Origin: Microcoleus sp.
Lineage (GTDB): Bacteria; Cyanobacteriota; Cyanobacteriia; Cyanobacteriales; Microcoleaceae
Reading direction: 5' to 3'
Assembly: GCA_042408215.1 (NCBI GenBank)
Contig: JAYFMW010000010.1
Span: 111,963-175,962, forward strand
DNA: 64,000 nt
Position numbers and translations under genes: made by a program. This document shows positions 43,541-54,732 of this stretch, piece after piece; the stretch's first letter is position 1; every line of letters begins with the position of its first letter. The notes beneath the pieces were generated by a model that was not told where the DNA came from, searched no databases, and saw only the letters and a list, made by a program, of their open reading frames with translations.

Positions 43541-44879
43541 TTGACATTCTCACCGGGCTGAAGCCACGGTGATTCTAAACATCACTGTTTAGGCTTCCTC
43601 TTTCGGCGATCCGACTTATTTAAAAGAGTTTCCTCATTCAAACTCTTGTCGATATCTCCAGAGGCGTTTGAGGTTTCCGTGTGCCCCACGGTACGCAATC
43701 CAAGTTCTAATATGTTGCGAGCGGCGTTCCAATCTCGGTCTAAAACGAATCCACAATGTGGACAAATATGTGTTCTTTGACTTAATGACTTTTTCGCCAC
43801 TTTCCCACAACTAGAACAATTTTGACTTGTATAGTGTGGCGGTACTGCAACAGTTGCCACCCCAAACACTTTGCCAAAATATTCAATCCAATTTCTAAAA
43901 GCTGTCCAAGCCGCATCTGATATCGACTTGGATAGCTTTTTGTTTTTGACCATGTTACGCACCTGCAAGTCTTCATAGGCTACCAAGTCGTTAGACTGGA
44001 CTACGCACCTTGCTAATTTCACAGCAAAGTCTTTACGCCGCCTGCTTACCTTGAGGTGTTTTCTACTTAAACGATTTCGAGCCTTAGCTCTATTTTTAGA
44101 ACCTTTCTGCGTTCGAGAAAGTCTACGATTAAGCTTTTTTAACGATCTTTCGGACTTTCTTAGATGGCGCGGGTTCTCTACGGTATTACCGTCAGAGTCT
44201 GTGTAGAAATGAGTTAGCCCTACATCCAAACCGATTGTTTTTCCGGTCGGCTCCCGCTTTTCGTTTCGTTCAGCGTCAATACAAAATTGCACGTAGTAGC
44301 CATCGGCTCGACGAACTACGCGCACTCGTTTAACTTGACTTAGCTGATAGAAATGTAGGTCACGATTTCCCCATAATTGAAAAATTCCGGCTTTAAATCC
44401 ATCAGTGAAAGTTATATTTCGTCGGTCTTCAGAAAGCTTCCACCCACAGGTCTTGTATTCAACAGAACCGTGCGTTTCATGCTTTTTGAAGCGCGGAAAA
44501 CCTTTCTTTCCTGGTTTTGCCTTCTTGCAGTTGTCAAAGAATCGTGCAATCGCTGACCAAGCTCTTTCAGCAGAAGCTTGCCTTGCCATTGAGTTGAGTT
44601 TACTGGCCCAAGGAAATTCTTTGGCAAGAACTACGCAATAAGCGCTTAAGTCGTAGCGACCTACCCCTGGGGTATCCATCCAGTACCTGATGCAGCTATT
44701 ACGAATGAAGCGAGCAGTACGAATGGCTTCGTCTAGCCGTTCGTACTGCTCGCTTTTCCCTTCTAGCTTGGCTTCAAATACTAACATTTACGTCGAGTGA
44801 GTGAATATAAAGACTATAACAGAGTTCTGGAGAAATTAAAGCCGTCCTATAAGGACGGGGCTTTAGACCCAGCTTTTTG
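43541..44879 (-). mobile_element. IS200/IS605-family element (tnpB only)
   Basis: Left end TTAC|CAAAAAGCTGGGTCTAAAGCCCCGTCCTTATAGGACGGCTTT; right end AGAATCACCGTGGCTTCAGCCCGGTGAGAATGTCAA. Confidence 0.88.
43582..44787 (-). CDS. tnpB: RNA-guided endonuclease TnpB
   Basis: GLDVG, AYEDL, DRDWNAA; zinc finger CSSC/CPHC. Confidence 0.94.
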   Translation of the reverse strand: MLVFEAKLEGKSEQYERLDEAIRTARFIRNSCIRYWMDTPGVGRYDLSAYCVVLAKEFPWASKLNSMARQASAERAWSAIARFFDNCKKAKPGKKGFPRFKKHETHGSVEYKTCGWKLSEDRRNITFTDGFKAGIFQLWGNRDLHFYQLSQVKRVRVVRRADGYYVQFCIDAERNEKREPTGKTIGLDVGLTHFYTDSDGNTVENPRHLRKSERSLKKLNRRLSRTQKGSKNRAKARNRLSRKHLKVSRRRKDFAVKLARCVVQSNDLVAYEDLQVRNMVKNKKLSKSISDAAWTAFRNWIEYFGKVFGVATVAVPPHYTSQNCSSCGKVAKKSLSQRTHICPHCGFVLDRDWNAARNILELGLRTVGHTETSNASGDIDKSLNEETLLNKSDRRKRKPKQ

Positions 44880-45434
44880 GTAAAACTATAAGCTGCTACG
44901 GAGCCTTATTGACTGATCCCTGCACAAAATCAGACAATCAACAAAATTGCAACGATCGGTCTGTGATTAACATAAATCTTATCTTAATCCATAATTTAAC
45001 TCTTTCTTTATAAAAGAATCGGGTAAAATATGTTAATGTTTTATCACAAATAGAATCCTCAGAATTTGAGATTTAAGATTTGAAATTTATTCGATAAGTA
45101 AATCCACCTAATTAAACTTAAGATACAGGGGGCTAAAAAGCTTGCTGTATGAGCATTTTTTATACTTAATTGAAGAATTAAAAAGTTAAATTTTCCTTGA
45201 GAAACCCGGTTTCTTGAGTCTTTCTGGGTAAGTCCTGAGACAAAGATATCTGCACGGTAGTCAAAACAGTGTTGCGTTTGCTAGCAATGTGATTTGTATT
45301 ACAGCCATTTGGCCTATCGACTTAAGCACAATGGCGGATGTTTGTCATAGAGATCGCGTAAATAATTGTAGTTAACCAATTGAAAAATTTGGAGAATCGA
45401 TCGCCTGCTGCTGTACAAAAAAACGAGGTTTCAG

Positions 45435-46535
45435 ATGACTAATCTTTCACAGGTAGATTTAAACGATTTATCTGCCGCCGACAAAAATAAACATCGGCAA
45501 ACTCTACTGTCACAGGGTATCGCCGGATTAGACAGTCACAAACTCTCTGAGGCTAATTCAGACGGCGTTAGCGCTAATTCCTTAGCAGTTAGCTGGGCAA
45601 AAAAATATTACAGTGTAGTGGGGGCTGGGAAAAACCAAAGGCTGCGCCTCATCCCCCAAAATCCAGACTCAATAAATTTTGAGGCAAATCGAGCCAAAAT
45701 AGTTGACAAATTGACCGATACACTGAAAGTAGCTAGCGAGATAGCTTGGAATAGAGTAGAGGCTATTTTAGGAGAACAAATAGAGTGTCAGGGAATCGAT
45801 CCGAGGTTAATTAATCCTTCAGAAATTATAGCCGACACTCGGAACTTGTATCGTAAAGCAATAGACGCTTACGGCGATGGAGAATCGGTTTTCCGCTTGT
45901 CAGTGGTGGTGGGAAGATCTATTATTGAGGTGAGGCGGAAATATTCGCAAGTCGATGCGTTAGTTCTCGGATTTGTGACATTGGAGTTTCAATACACCAA
46001 AAAAATCTTGTTAGGATGTCTTTCGGAGTCAGAGCTTCCGCAATTTGCACCCTACTTAAAAATTGTAGACGACTACCTGCACATTCCCTACGGTGAGATT
46101 CACCTCGCTGCTGCGAATCTGGCCTCGAATTCAAAAGCCCTATTAGCGGTTGTACACTTGTTGCCACACACCACTCAGATTGCTAGTGAAGTGTACGATC
46201 GGGTTATTTCAAAACATCAAGGATACCGCAGCAGCAGTGGGTATTTGACAGATTCCGAGGTAAAAACTTCTGGGATTCGGGATATTGAGATTTTTCAAAG
46301 TTATTTGTGCTGGTGCGTTTTGGAAAGTAGCTTTCGCCCGGTACAGCAAGAATTGTTTCCAATGTGTGTGATGTTGTATCCGAAACTTCATGTAAGTTGG
46401 GAGTTAGTGCAGGATATGCTGCTGATTTTATTTGGGGAAATATCCGATCGCCTTGATGGGGAAGATTTAATGGTATTTTTACCTTATTTGCGTACTGTGA
46501 CAGAGATGTTTTCTAGTGATGTGTTTGACAATTAG
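45435..46535 (+). CDS. hypothetical helical protein
   Basis: 366-aa ORF with GAGG upstream; no motif recognised. Confidence 0.7.
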   Translation: MTNLSQVDLNDLSAADKNKHRQTLLSQGIAGLDSHKLSEANSDGVSANSLAVSWAKKYYSVVGAGKNQRLRLIPQNPDSINFEANRAKIVDKLTDTLKVASEIAWNRVEAILGEQIECQGIDPRLINPSEIIADTRNLYRKAIDAYGDGESVFRLSVVVGRSIIEVRRKYSQVDALVLGFVTLEFQYTKKILLGCLSESELPQFAPYLKIVDDYLHIPYGEIHLAAANLASNSKALLAVVHLLPHTTQIASEVYDRVISKHQGYRSSSGYLTDSEVKTSGIRDIEIFQSYLCWCVLESSFRPVQQELFPMCVMLYPKLHVSWELVQDMLLILFGEISDRLDGEDLMVFLPYLRTVTEMFSSDVFDN

Positions 46536-46712
46536 GGAATTGGGAATGGGGAATGGGGCATTGGGAATGGGGAATGGGGAATGGGGAATGGGGAATGGGG
46601 AATGGGGAATGGGGAATGGGGCATTGGGAATGGGGCATTGGGCATGGGGAATGGGGAATGGGGCATTGGGAATGGGGCATTGGGAATGGGGCATTGGGCA
46701 TTGGGCATTGGA
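46535..46712. repeat. STRR heptamer array (GGGAATG/GGGCATT)
   Basis: About 25 tandem 7-mers between convergent genes. Confidence 0.95.
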
Positions 46713-46731
46713 AATTGGTAATTGCAACTTT

Positions 46732-47124
46732 TTATTTAAAACTCCAAGCTGCAATGGTTAAACATCCCCAACCGACAAGATAAGCAACTCCTCCCAAGGG
46801 AGTAATTGCGCCCAGCCATTTGATGTTAGTCAGACTGAGGGCGTACAAACTACCTGAAAAGATAACTGTACCGACAATAAAAGCCCATCCAGCAACTGCG
46901 AAAAAGGTTTGAGACTCCAGGGTACGGCTCAAGAGTAATGCCACGAGTAATAGGGCTAGGGCGTGATACATTTGATAGCGTGCGCCTGTCTCAAAGATTT
47001 CTAAAGCGCGATCGGTCAATTGAGCTTTTAAAGCGTGAGAAGCAAAGGCGCCACCGGCGACGGATAAACCTCCGAAGAGGGCCGCGGTTGCGAGGAAGAT
47101 TCGGGTGAGGATTAGTGTTGACAT
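46732..47124 (-). CDS. DUF423 family membrane protein
   Basis: [31 protein letters not shown]. Confidence 0.92.
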   Translation of the reverse strand: MSTLILTRIFLATAALFGGLSVAGGAFASHALKAQLTDRALEIFETGARYQMYHALALLLVALLLSRTLESQTFFAVAGWAFIVGTVIFSGSLYALSLTNIKWLGAITPLGGVAYLVGWGCLTIAAWSFK

Positions 47125-47886
47125 ATTTTAATGATTAATTGAATTTTATTTAATTTTACGGTTGGGTGGGGAAAGGCGATCGGGTTATTGGTTGGGTGGG
47201 GGCGGGTTTATGAAGATGCTCTGTGGGTGGCAAGATTCATCGGTGAACCCGCCCCTACAGATTTTATTGAATATTTTAGCATGAACAGTCCTGGACGCAC
47301 TATCAGCCGAAAAAAACCGGTTTCTCGCGATTTTCTTCAAGATAAAATGACGCAATTACGTTAATAAACCGGCTTTTTGCGTCCAGGACTAATGAGTTTT
47401 ATCCAACATTGTACCATGCCTGTGGGGCTGGTTTATCAGGCGATCGCTCTTTTTTTACCGCAGATAAATGTGGAGGAAAGAAGGGCGATCGCGCATTTGT
47501 CCGACTTCATTGTTCCTGCGCCTGAACAGTCTATATACATAATATTGCGAATGGGTAATTACCAATATTATTACCCAATAATAGCCTGGTCGGTCAACCA
47601 ATCAAATATTACTATTGTCAGAGCGATCGCGCATTGGGGGGCGGGTTTAGGAATCTGATCGGTGAGAATTGAATAGGGCTGGCGAAAGAGCCCCTGCAAT
47701 TGATTAATCCTGTAGGGGTTCTTTCACCCGAATCTTTGACAATTACCGACAGATTATCGAAACCAGCCCCCTACCCTGGCAAATTTTCACGATTAATGGG
47801 GGTGGTTTAGGAAGATTTACTTAGTTGTTCGCGCGTAAGTCATGTCAAGCTCAGAAATATTTTTCAGCCAATAGAGATAAAAAATT

Positions 47887-47926
47887 AAGCTGATCGAACT
47901 TTTTTTGATGAAAGTTCGATCAGCTT
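47887..47926 (-). terminator. intrinsic terminator downstream of the subtilase gene
   Basis: 16-bp stem AAGCTGATCGAACTTT/AAAGTTCGATCAGCTT followed by a T-run on the minus strand. Confidence 0.75.
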
Positions 47927-47998
47927 CAAATTATTAGTGAGACATTAAAACGGGCAAAAGCCGGGTTTCAATCATTCTTTAGAGTTCAAGGAATTACC

Positions 47999-50900
47999 CT
48001 AAATAAAAGTGGTAAAATCGATGGCTTTTGTGATTCCGTTTAAGACAGCTAAAGTCTGATTTCCTTGCTTGACTTCTAAGGAATTATTACCTTGAATAAA
48101 GCTAATATTATTAGCTGTTATTCCCTCTGGTAATTTGAATAAATCACCCTTGGTAAAGTCAAGAACAGTCGCGATACCATTATTACTTAAAACAAAGATA
48201 TCATTACCATTGCCACCAACAAGGGTATTATTACCCGCGCCGCCTATCAAGAGGTCATCGTCATCACCGCCTAAGAGGTGATCGTCGCCTTCATAGCCCA
48301 GTAAGGTATCTTTACCCGCTTCACCATTGATGCTGTCGTCACCGATATCGCCTGACAGTTCATCGTTACCAAAGCCGCCCCAAATTTGGTCATTTCCTTT
48401 GCCACCATAGATGATGTTGTTACCTTCACCACCAATCAGTATGTCATTATTGTTATTACCCCAAATTTGGTCGTTACCTTCGCCACCGATGATGTTATCA
48501 TTACCTTTACCACCATATAGTATGTCATCATCGTTACCACCATCAATGTAATCGTCGCCTTGGTTCCCGAATAGTTCATCTTTACCCATTTTGCCAAAGA
48601 TGTTATCGTTGCCACCTTGAGCATAGACGATATCATTGTTATTACTCCCTTCAAAATCTTCACTGTCATCGAGACCTTTAGTGATGGGATTAATAACATC
48701 AACAGAAGTGTTGGTAGTGTTAGGAGATGGGATCATGATCTGCATACTCGGTATGCTGACCGGGTTCGGTGTCTGATCTGGTGTCGGTGTTTCCACAATG
48801 GTTGTCGGTGTTGCGACAACGGTCGGTGTTTTCACAACGGTCGGTGTTTCCACAACGGACGCAGGTTTGGGTGTTTCAGCAACGGTTATCGGTGTTTCGG
48901 CAACGGTCGGTGTTTCCACAACGGTTGTCGGTGTTTCCACAACGGACGCAGGTTTGGGTGTTTCAGCAACGGTTATCGGTGTTTCGGCAACGGTCGGTGT
49001 TTTCACAACTGTCGGTGTTTCCACAACTGTCGGTGTTTTCACAACGGTCGGTGTTTCCAGAACGGTCGGTGTTTCCAGAACGGTCGGTGTTTCCACAACG
49101 GACGCAGGTTTGGGTGTTTCAGCAACGGTTGTCGGTGTTTCGGCAACGGTCGGTGTTTTCACAACTGTCGGTGTTTCCACAACGGACGCAGGTTTGGGTG
49201 TTTCAGCAACGGTTATCGGTGTTTCGGCAACGGTCGGTGTTTTCACAACTGTCGGTGTTTCCACAACGGTCGGTGTTTTCACAACGGTCGGTGTTTCCAG
49301 AACGGTCGGTGTTTCAGCAACGGGTGTGGGAGTGACGATCGCGTCTCCATTTGCCTGTGTTTGAGGTAAAGTCGCTGTATTAGCTGCTACATCTAGGTTA
49401 GTTTGAGCGATCGTGTGGGCTGTCTCAGTAGCTTTCTCGGTGATAGTGTTTAGATCGAGACTAGGATCGATCGCCTTTGTTGCGGTAGCAGTTGCGACTA
49501 TTAACTCTTTGACTTGTTGTCGATCGCTAAAGTTAACGTTGGTGTTACTCTCTATTTGATCGCCGATCGCTTTTACGGCTTCCTCAACAATGGTTGATTT
49601 AGGCGTGGTAGTAGCCTCATCAATCAAATTCGCGGTTTGTTCGATCGCATTTTCTACCTGGGTAGATTTTTTGATAGTTTCCACTGTGGCGGCGGGAACT
49701 ATCCCCTTATCGGCTAACGTTGGATCGGGTGTGGTTAACTCACTCGTCGTGGGTAAACCTAATGTTTGTTTTACCTGCTCTTCTGCGTCTTGTTTTGCCT
49801 TAGTTTCATCTTCAGGATTAGTAGCAGGAGTGCGATCGAGTATTTCTGTTACCAACGTAGTTAACGGGTTAATTCCTACGGAGTCAACGGGGGCACTCAA
49901 AGGAGTTTCTACTGGTTTTCCGGTCGTTTGGTCTGTCCCACCAATAGCGACTAAATTTCCTTCTGATGGTTCGATATCACCACTATTATTAGTGTCGAAT
50001 TTGTCGAGATTAACCTCAAGGGCAAAAATTCCGGTTTCATCAGTCTTGGCGGCTGGTTCATTAGTGTCAATGGCACCGTTTTTATTCGAGTCAAAAAATA
50101 CGGTAGCATCGGTGACTTTGCCATCATTAACAGAGCCTTGGAAGGTTCGATCAGTCTTAGGTATGTCTCCAGTAAAAGGTATATTTTCATCGATCGGTTT
50201 GGTCATCGGATTACTGTTAGCGTAATCAAATAGGGCTTTCCCTTCTGGAGAATTGCGCCAATCTAATTGGGGATTGATAAATTCATCAACACCAGCTATT
50301 TTACTAACTGTTGCGCCGTTGATTTGGAAGATGATATCGTTATAGTCAAAGTCGCGCCAAGGACTATTTTTTACATCTAAATCTTCCCAGACAAAAGTAT
50401 TACCTTTTCCGGTAAGATCGACGAGTTGTTCAGGGTTAGGACCAGTGGAAAATAGGGGAAGGCGATCGCCTGTTAAACCAGGGTTATTAGCGAGTTCTTC
50501 TACTGTACCATTGGGAACTAACATCATGGCAAATTGACTATTTGGTTTCAGGGTAAAAGTTTTGAAACCGAGATAGTCGCCAAAGTTGCGGTTAGGTGTT
50601 TCACCGACACTGGGGTTAAATTTAGCACCTTCAAAGCGATCGGAAATCGCGACATAACCTAATTCCGATTTACTGTTAGCGCGACGGGCTGCTTCTTGGA
50701 TGTATTCAGTGCTACCAGGAGTGAGGTTTTCCATCCCTTCTAGGCTGAAAATTGCCATTTCACCTTGATATAGACCGCTATCGTTGATAAAATCAAGGTT
50801 GATTTGACCGCTAGGACCGACGGTGAAGACACCGGGCTTCTTCGTGTCACCAGTGGGATTATCGTCACCAGTGGGATTATCATCACCAGTGGTAGCCTCA

Positions 50901-53893
50901 GTAATAGTTCCCGTCAAGGTTTCGGTTGTGGCAATAGTGTAATCATTGCCGCCTACTAAAGCAATCGCTACATTTTCATTACCTTCCACTTCAGTGTCTG
51001 TAGTAGGATCGAGCGTTACAGTCGCCGTAGTTGCACCTTCAGCAAAAGTAATGGTTCCTGTGGATTCGGTGAAAACATCCGTACCCGTTTGAGTGTAATC
51101 TGTCCCAAAGATCGCACTACCCGCAACGCTATAGTTAACCGTTAATGGAGTGGTAACGTCTCCCGTGCGCGTGAAGGTGTAAACTAGGTTAGCCGTTCCA
51201 TCTTCTGCTACTTCACTGGGAGATACGGCTAAAGAGATCGCGGCTAATGGGGTTGCTTCAACGGTATTAACCGGATTAACGGGATCAACTAGAGCCGCAG
51301 GATCAATGGGACTAGCAGGGGGAAATTGAGTTACGGTTTTTGCTGACTCAGGTAAACCGTCAACAAATCGTTTAGCTGCATCGATGAATGATTGATCTCC
51401 CGTTAGAGCAAAGTCTAAAGCAGCACCATCACGGAATGGACCGGCGGGAATACCTGCTTCTGTCGCTTTTTTGATAGCAGCATCACGGATTGCGGGATCT
51501 AAAGTCTCCAGGGAGACTTCAGTGGGAGGGGTGGCTGGTTTTGGCGTTGTAGGTGTGCCAAACAGAGATTCATCTTGAGTAATGCGCCAGCTATCACTAA
51601 ATTGTCCATGTATATCAGCCCAAGACGGATTAGCACCTAAACTTTTGCCACCTTGCAGGGTGAAGTCGTTGTTAATCACGCCATCTGCATTGCCTAAAAG
51701 CCCTTCAACCTGGTCGGCTCGGTAATCGGCAGGCTTGACGTATATATTCAAACCAAGATCCCAATCCAAAACAGTTACTACATCGTCGTCAGAAGTAGAG
51801 AGTGTCCGATCTGGTCCTGCATAGGTGAAGGTGTATTGACTTCCGCTACGAGTGATTCGGCTTTGGCCAACATTTAGGCTTTGACCACTGTTTAAGGTTT
51901 GGCTCTGACCGTCAATTTTGATTCTTTGGTTAGGAGCAAACTTTGTATCGAACACAACCCCGTAGCTATCCATTGTAGTAGAAAAAGCTTTGTTAACAGA
52001 TACGCGAGGATTTGCAGGCCAAAGTTCTTGGCGGGTTTGAATTTGCCAATCATCCACAGTAGAGCGCGTTAAAACAAACTCCCCAGCTCCTTGAAAGTCA
52101 TAAGCTTTTCCATCAAAAGTGTTAAAATGCACATCACCCCATGCGTTACCGGGCGGAATTTGAGGAACCGAGGTAGCAAAGAGGGAAAAATCTTGATTGG
52201 TATTAGCTGGACCCTCTACAACTACGGTATAGTCACCTGCTGGGCTATTGGGTGGAATAAAAATCTGTTCCACATTATCGCGATTATTAACCCCTTTTGA
52301 AGCAGCGGCAGAAGGATTATTAGGATCGAGTACCCACGGACGATAAATAGTCCCATCAGGCCCTTTTAAGGACAGGTTTAAGTCATTGACTAAAACCGAA
52401 GCAGGATTATCTAGCGTTCTTGCAGGTAAATTGGTGGGGGCGGGATCTGTCCAAGCTAGTGTGACTTTGATTCCATCTTTATTGGCTCCATTTGAGTTGA
52501 TCTTAGCGTTCCAAGGAGTACCTGTATAAGTCGCTTCCTTCAATAAATCGCGTTTGTTTTCTGCTTTGAGATCACCTAAGAATGTGGCTGCTTTTTGACC
52601 ATCGAGAAGACCCCAACCATATTGATAATCAGGACCAGTATTGCCTAAATCTTTCGCGGTATGAATCCCCAAGGCTTTCATTGTGGAACTAAGGGGCTTG
52701 GTGACGTCTTGGAAGCGCTGCTGGAATGCGCCGTTAATATTTTGGACACGATAGGCGGGGAAATTTGCAGCAGCAATCTCCCTGTGATTCTGATACACCA
52801 GAGCCATTGTCCCTGTTAGATTTGGGGCCGCCATTGATGTGCCACTGTCAGAAGCATATTTATCGTTACCAGTACCTATGGATGAATAAACATCTTCCCC
52901 ATTTGCGACCAGATCGACTTTAACTCGCCCATCGTCTGTCATTCCCCAACTGGAGAAAGGCAACATTGCTCCGCCTTTAATCGCACCCGTACCACTCCAA
53001 GTGGCATCACCAATAGCACCAACAACTAAAGAGTTTTTAGCCGTTTGCTGTGTGGCTAAGGCATCGTAACCAGTGCCTGCATTGCCGTCGGCTCCCGGTG
53101 CGGTTAAACCACTAGCAACTGGGTCTATTAAGTAGAAACCAGGGGCTGCACCACCGGGAGGAGCAGATAAATAAGCAACATATTTGTTGCCATTCGCACC
53201 TGTGAACTTATCATCTCGCTCATTTCCAGCAGCCCAAACACTCAACAGATTTTTGTTGTTATAAAGAGTCTGATCGAGTTGTTGAGCATCCGCGCTATAG
53301 CGTCCAAAATCTGGGTCTTCGGAAAATTTTGATCGATCTTCTGTCCAAAGATCGGTTGCTACTCCATTAACAGAAACTAGACCATTCCATCCCGTTGTTT
53401 GACCATAAGAGTGGTTAGAAAGGGTGATATTTTTGGCATCAGCAGCTAACTCAGCTAGATCGTTACTCCAGTCACGGGAGCGTATTTGAGCATTTGGAGC
53501 CATGCCTTTAGCCGCGCCTTGAACACCTGTTGCGCCAATTGTTCCCGCGACATGAGTGGCATGATTAGAGGGAGTTCCTGCATCGAGATTTGTGACACGA
53601 CCAGTAAGTTCTTGGTGGGTACTGAGAACGGGCCCCTGATCCCAAACTCCTACATTAACGCCTTGACCAGTTGCATTTAGGTTTAACCCGCCTCCTGGCA
53701 AAAGTTGGTTTGCTCTGGTTGCGATCGCGGCATCAACGTTAGAGGGAACGTTGCTTTTCGCCATTGAGGGGTCTGGACCTGTGGCAATTAAAGTTAATCC
53801 GGGTGCGACTTCTTGGGGTTGTGCGAGAACTTGATAACCCAGGGCGGTTAAATCTATTTGTACGGGTGTTATCGCGTTATTTTCAGTCGGCAT
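47999..53893 (-). CDS. large secreted S8 subtilase with VWD, Calx-beta, DUF4114-like, Pro/Thr repeat and RTX domains
   Basis: GVWDQG / HATHVAGT / GTSMAAP triad; WGDVHFNTFDG..YDFQG; VAEDGTANLVYTFTRTG; WEDL..DFDYND; GGxGxD nonapeptides at the C-terminus. Confidence 0.9.
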   Translation of the reverse strand: MPTENNAITPVQIDLTALGYQVLAQPQEVAPGLTLIATGPDPSMAKSNVPSNVDAAIATRANQLLPGGGLNLNATGQGVNVGVWDQGPVLSTHQELTGRVTNLDAGTPSNHATHVAGTIGATGVQGAAKGMAPNAQIRSRDWSNDLAELAADAKNITLSNHSYGQTTGWNGLVSVNGVATDLWTEDRSKFSEDPDFGRYSADAQQLDQTLYNNKNLLSVWAAGNERDDKFTGANGNKYVAYLSAPPGGAAPGFYLIDPVASGLTAPGADGNAGTGYDALATQQTAKNSLVVGAIGDATWSGTGAIKGGAMLPFSSWGMTDDGRVKVDLVANGEDVYSSIGTGNDKYASDSGTSMAAPNLTGTMALVYQNHREIAAANFPAYRVQNINGAFQQRFQDVTKPLSSTMKALGIHTAKDLGNTGPDYQYGWGLLDGQKAATFLGDLKAENKRDLLKEATYTGTPWNAKINSNGANKDGIKVTLAWTDPAPTNLPARTLDNPASVLVNDLNLSLKGPDGTIYRPWVLDPNNPSAAASKGVNNRDNVEQIFIPPNSPAGDYTVVVEGPANTNQDFSLFATSVPQIPPGNAWGDVHFNTFDGKAYDFQGAGEFVLTRSTVDDWQIQTRQELWPANPRVSVNKAFSTTMDSYGVVFDTKFAPNQRIKIDGQSQTLNSGQSLNVGQSRITRSGSQYTFTYAGPDRTLSTSDDDVVTVLDWDLGLNIYVKPADYRADQVEGLLGNADGVINNDFTLQGGKSLGANPSWADIHGQFSDSWRITQDESLFGTPTTPKPATPPTEVSLETLDPAIRDAAIKKATEAGIPAGPFRDGAALDFALTGDQSFIDAAKRFVDGLPESAKTVTQFPPASPIDPAALVDPVNPVNTVEATPLAAISLAVSPSEVAEDGTANLVYTFTRTGDVTTPLTVNYSVAGSAIFGTDYTQTGTDVFTESTGTITFAEGATTATVTLDPTTDTEVEGNENVAIALVGGNDYTIATTETLTGTITEATTGDDNPTGDDNPTGDTKKPGVFTVGPSGQINLDFINDSGLYQGEMAIFSLEGMENLTPGSTEYIQEAARRANSKSELGYVAISDRFEGAKFNPSVGETPNRNFGDYLGFKTFTLKPNSQFAMMLVPNGTVEELANNPGLTGDRLPLFSTGPNPEQLVDLTGKGNTFVWEDLDVKNSPWRDFDYNDIIFQINGATVSKIAGVDEFINPQLDWRNSPEGKALFDYANSNPMTKPIDENIPFTGDIPKTDRTFQGSVNDGKVTDATVFFDSNKNGAIDTNEPAAKTDETGIFALEVNLDKFDTNNSGDIEPSEGNLVAIGGTDQTTGKPVETPLSAPVDSVGINPLTTLVTEILDRTPATNPEDETKAKQDAEEQVKQTLGLPTTSELTTPDPTLADKGIVPAATVETIKKSTQVENAIEQTANLIDEATTTPKSTIVEEAVKAIGDQIESNTNVNFSDRQQVKELIVATATATKAIDPSLDLNTITEKATETAHTIAQTNLDVAANTATLPQTQANGDAIVTPTPVAETPTVLETPTVVKTPTVVETPTVVKTPTVAETPITVAETPKPASVVETPTVVKTPTVAETPTTVAETPKPASVVETPTVLETPTVLETPTVVKTPTVVETPTVVKTPTVAETPITVAETPKPASVVETPTTVVETPTVAETPITVAETPKPASVVETPTVVKTPTVVATPTTIVETPTPDQTPNPVSIPSMQIMIPSPNTTNTSVDVINPITKGLDDSEDFEGSNNNDIVYAQGGNDNIFGKMGKDELFGNQGDDYIDGGNDDDILYGGKGNDNIIGGEGNDQIWGNNNNDILIGGEGNNIIYGGKGNDQIWGGFGNDELSGDIGDDSINGEAGKDTLLGYEGDDHLLGGDDDDLLIGGAGNNTLVGGNGNDIFVLSNNGIATVLDFTKGDLFKLPEGITANNISFIQGNNSLEVKQGNQTLAVLNGITKAIDFTTFI
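48781..49325 (-). repeat. intragenic tandem repeats encoding (V/A)ETPT(V/T) stalk
   Basis: 18-21-nt units with periodic ETPKPAS blocks. Confidence 0.95.
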
Positions 53894-54397
53894 AATTTGA
53901 CTCCTTGGATAATAAGGGAATTGTTGATTGTTTGACTAAATTATTGGTTGTTCGCTCTTTTTCCATTAAAGGAATAGGGGCGATCGAATTTTGACAAAAA
54001 AGCTCTCCTGCGATCGCCTTTGCTAATTAAAGGAATAAGGGCGATCGAATTATTATGGAATATGAGAGCCAGCTAACCCAAACTGTCGAGGGACAAAATC
54101 TTTTGATTAGCTCTATTTAGTTATTCGGCTTTTTGGGCGGATAATTATGCAAATTTGGCAATTTTTTTTTCGCTCAAAATTTGACTAAAAAACTCCACCG
54201 CGGTCGCGCTCACCCATTAAAGGAATAAGGAAGATCGCACATTCAATGCGTTATCACCACTTCCCCAGCCCCGCGAACCTCACATCCGTCTCGAACTAGG
54301 TTTTCTTACGAATATTCAATTGTTAGAAATTTGACTGTCGGCCATCGCAGCCGTACAGGATATATGCTTGCGGGTGTACTTCCCGACAATTAAGAAT

Positions 54398-54426
54398 AAG
54401 CTACACCATTTAATTCAACCTGTCAA
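54398..54426 (-). promoter_or_regulatory. putative sigma70 promoter upstream of the subtilase leader
   Basis: TTGACA-17-TAGCTT on the minus strand. Confidence 0.5.
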
Positions 54427-54732
54427 GATCCCACCGAGCATTTTTGTATTAAGTTTTATGGTTGGGTGGGGGCGGGTTTATAAAGACGATCTGTAGGTAA
54501 CAGAATCGATCGGTGAACTCGCCCCTTGTATTTTGAAAGAGGTAGATGACGATTTACCGTTGTGTAGGGGCGGGTTTATGAGATGATTGATTTTAGGCTA
54601 TGGTTGGTAAAACCCGCCCCTACAAATTTGTCCGCAATTTGACCAGGTTTGTAGTAACAAAACCAAAAGGACATAAGTCCCTGTTTCATTACCCAGGCGA
54701 GGTAGCGGGATCAGGAGATAGCCCGATCGCAC

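Noticed and set aside
46479..46783. ORFs across the STRR arrays (also 56556-56901)
   Set aside because: Translations of heptamer repeats.
48617..49369. Plus-strand repetitive ORFs or a possible CRISPR-like array
   Set aside because: Antisense shadows of the ETPT coding repeats; no unique spacers.
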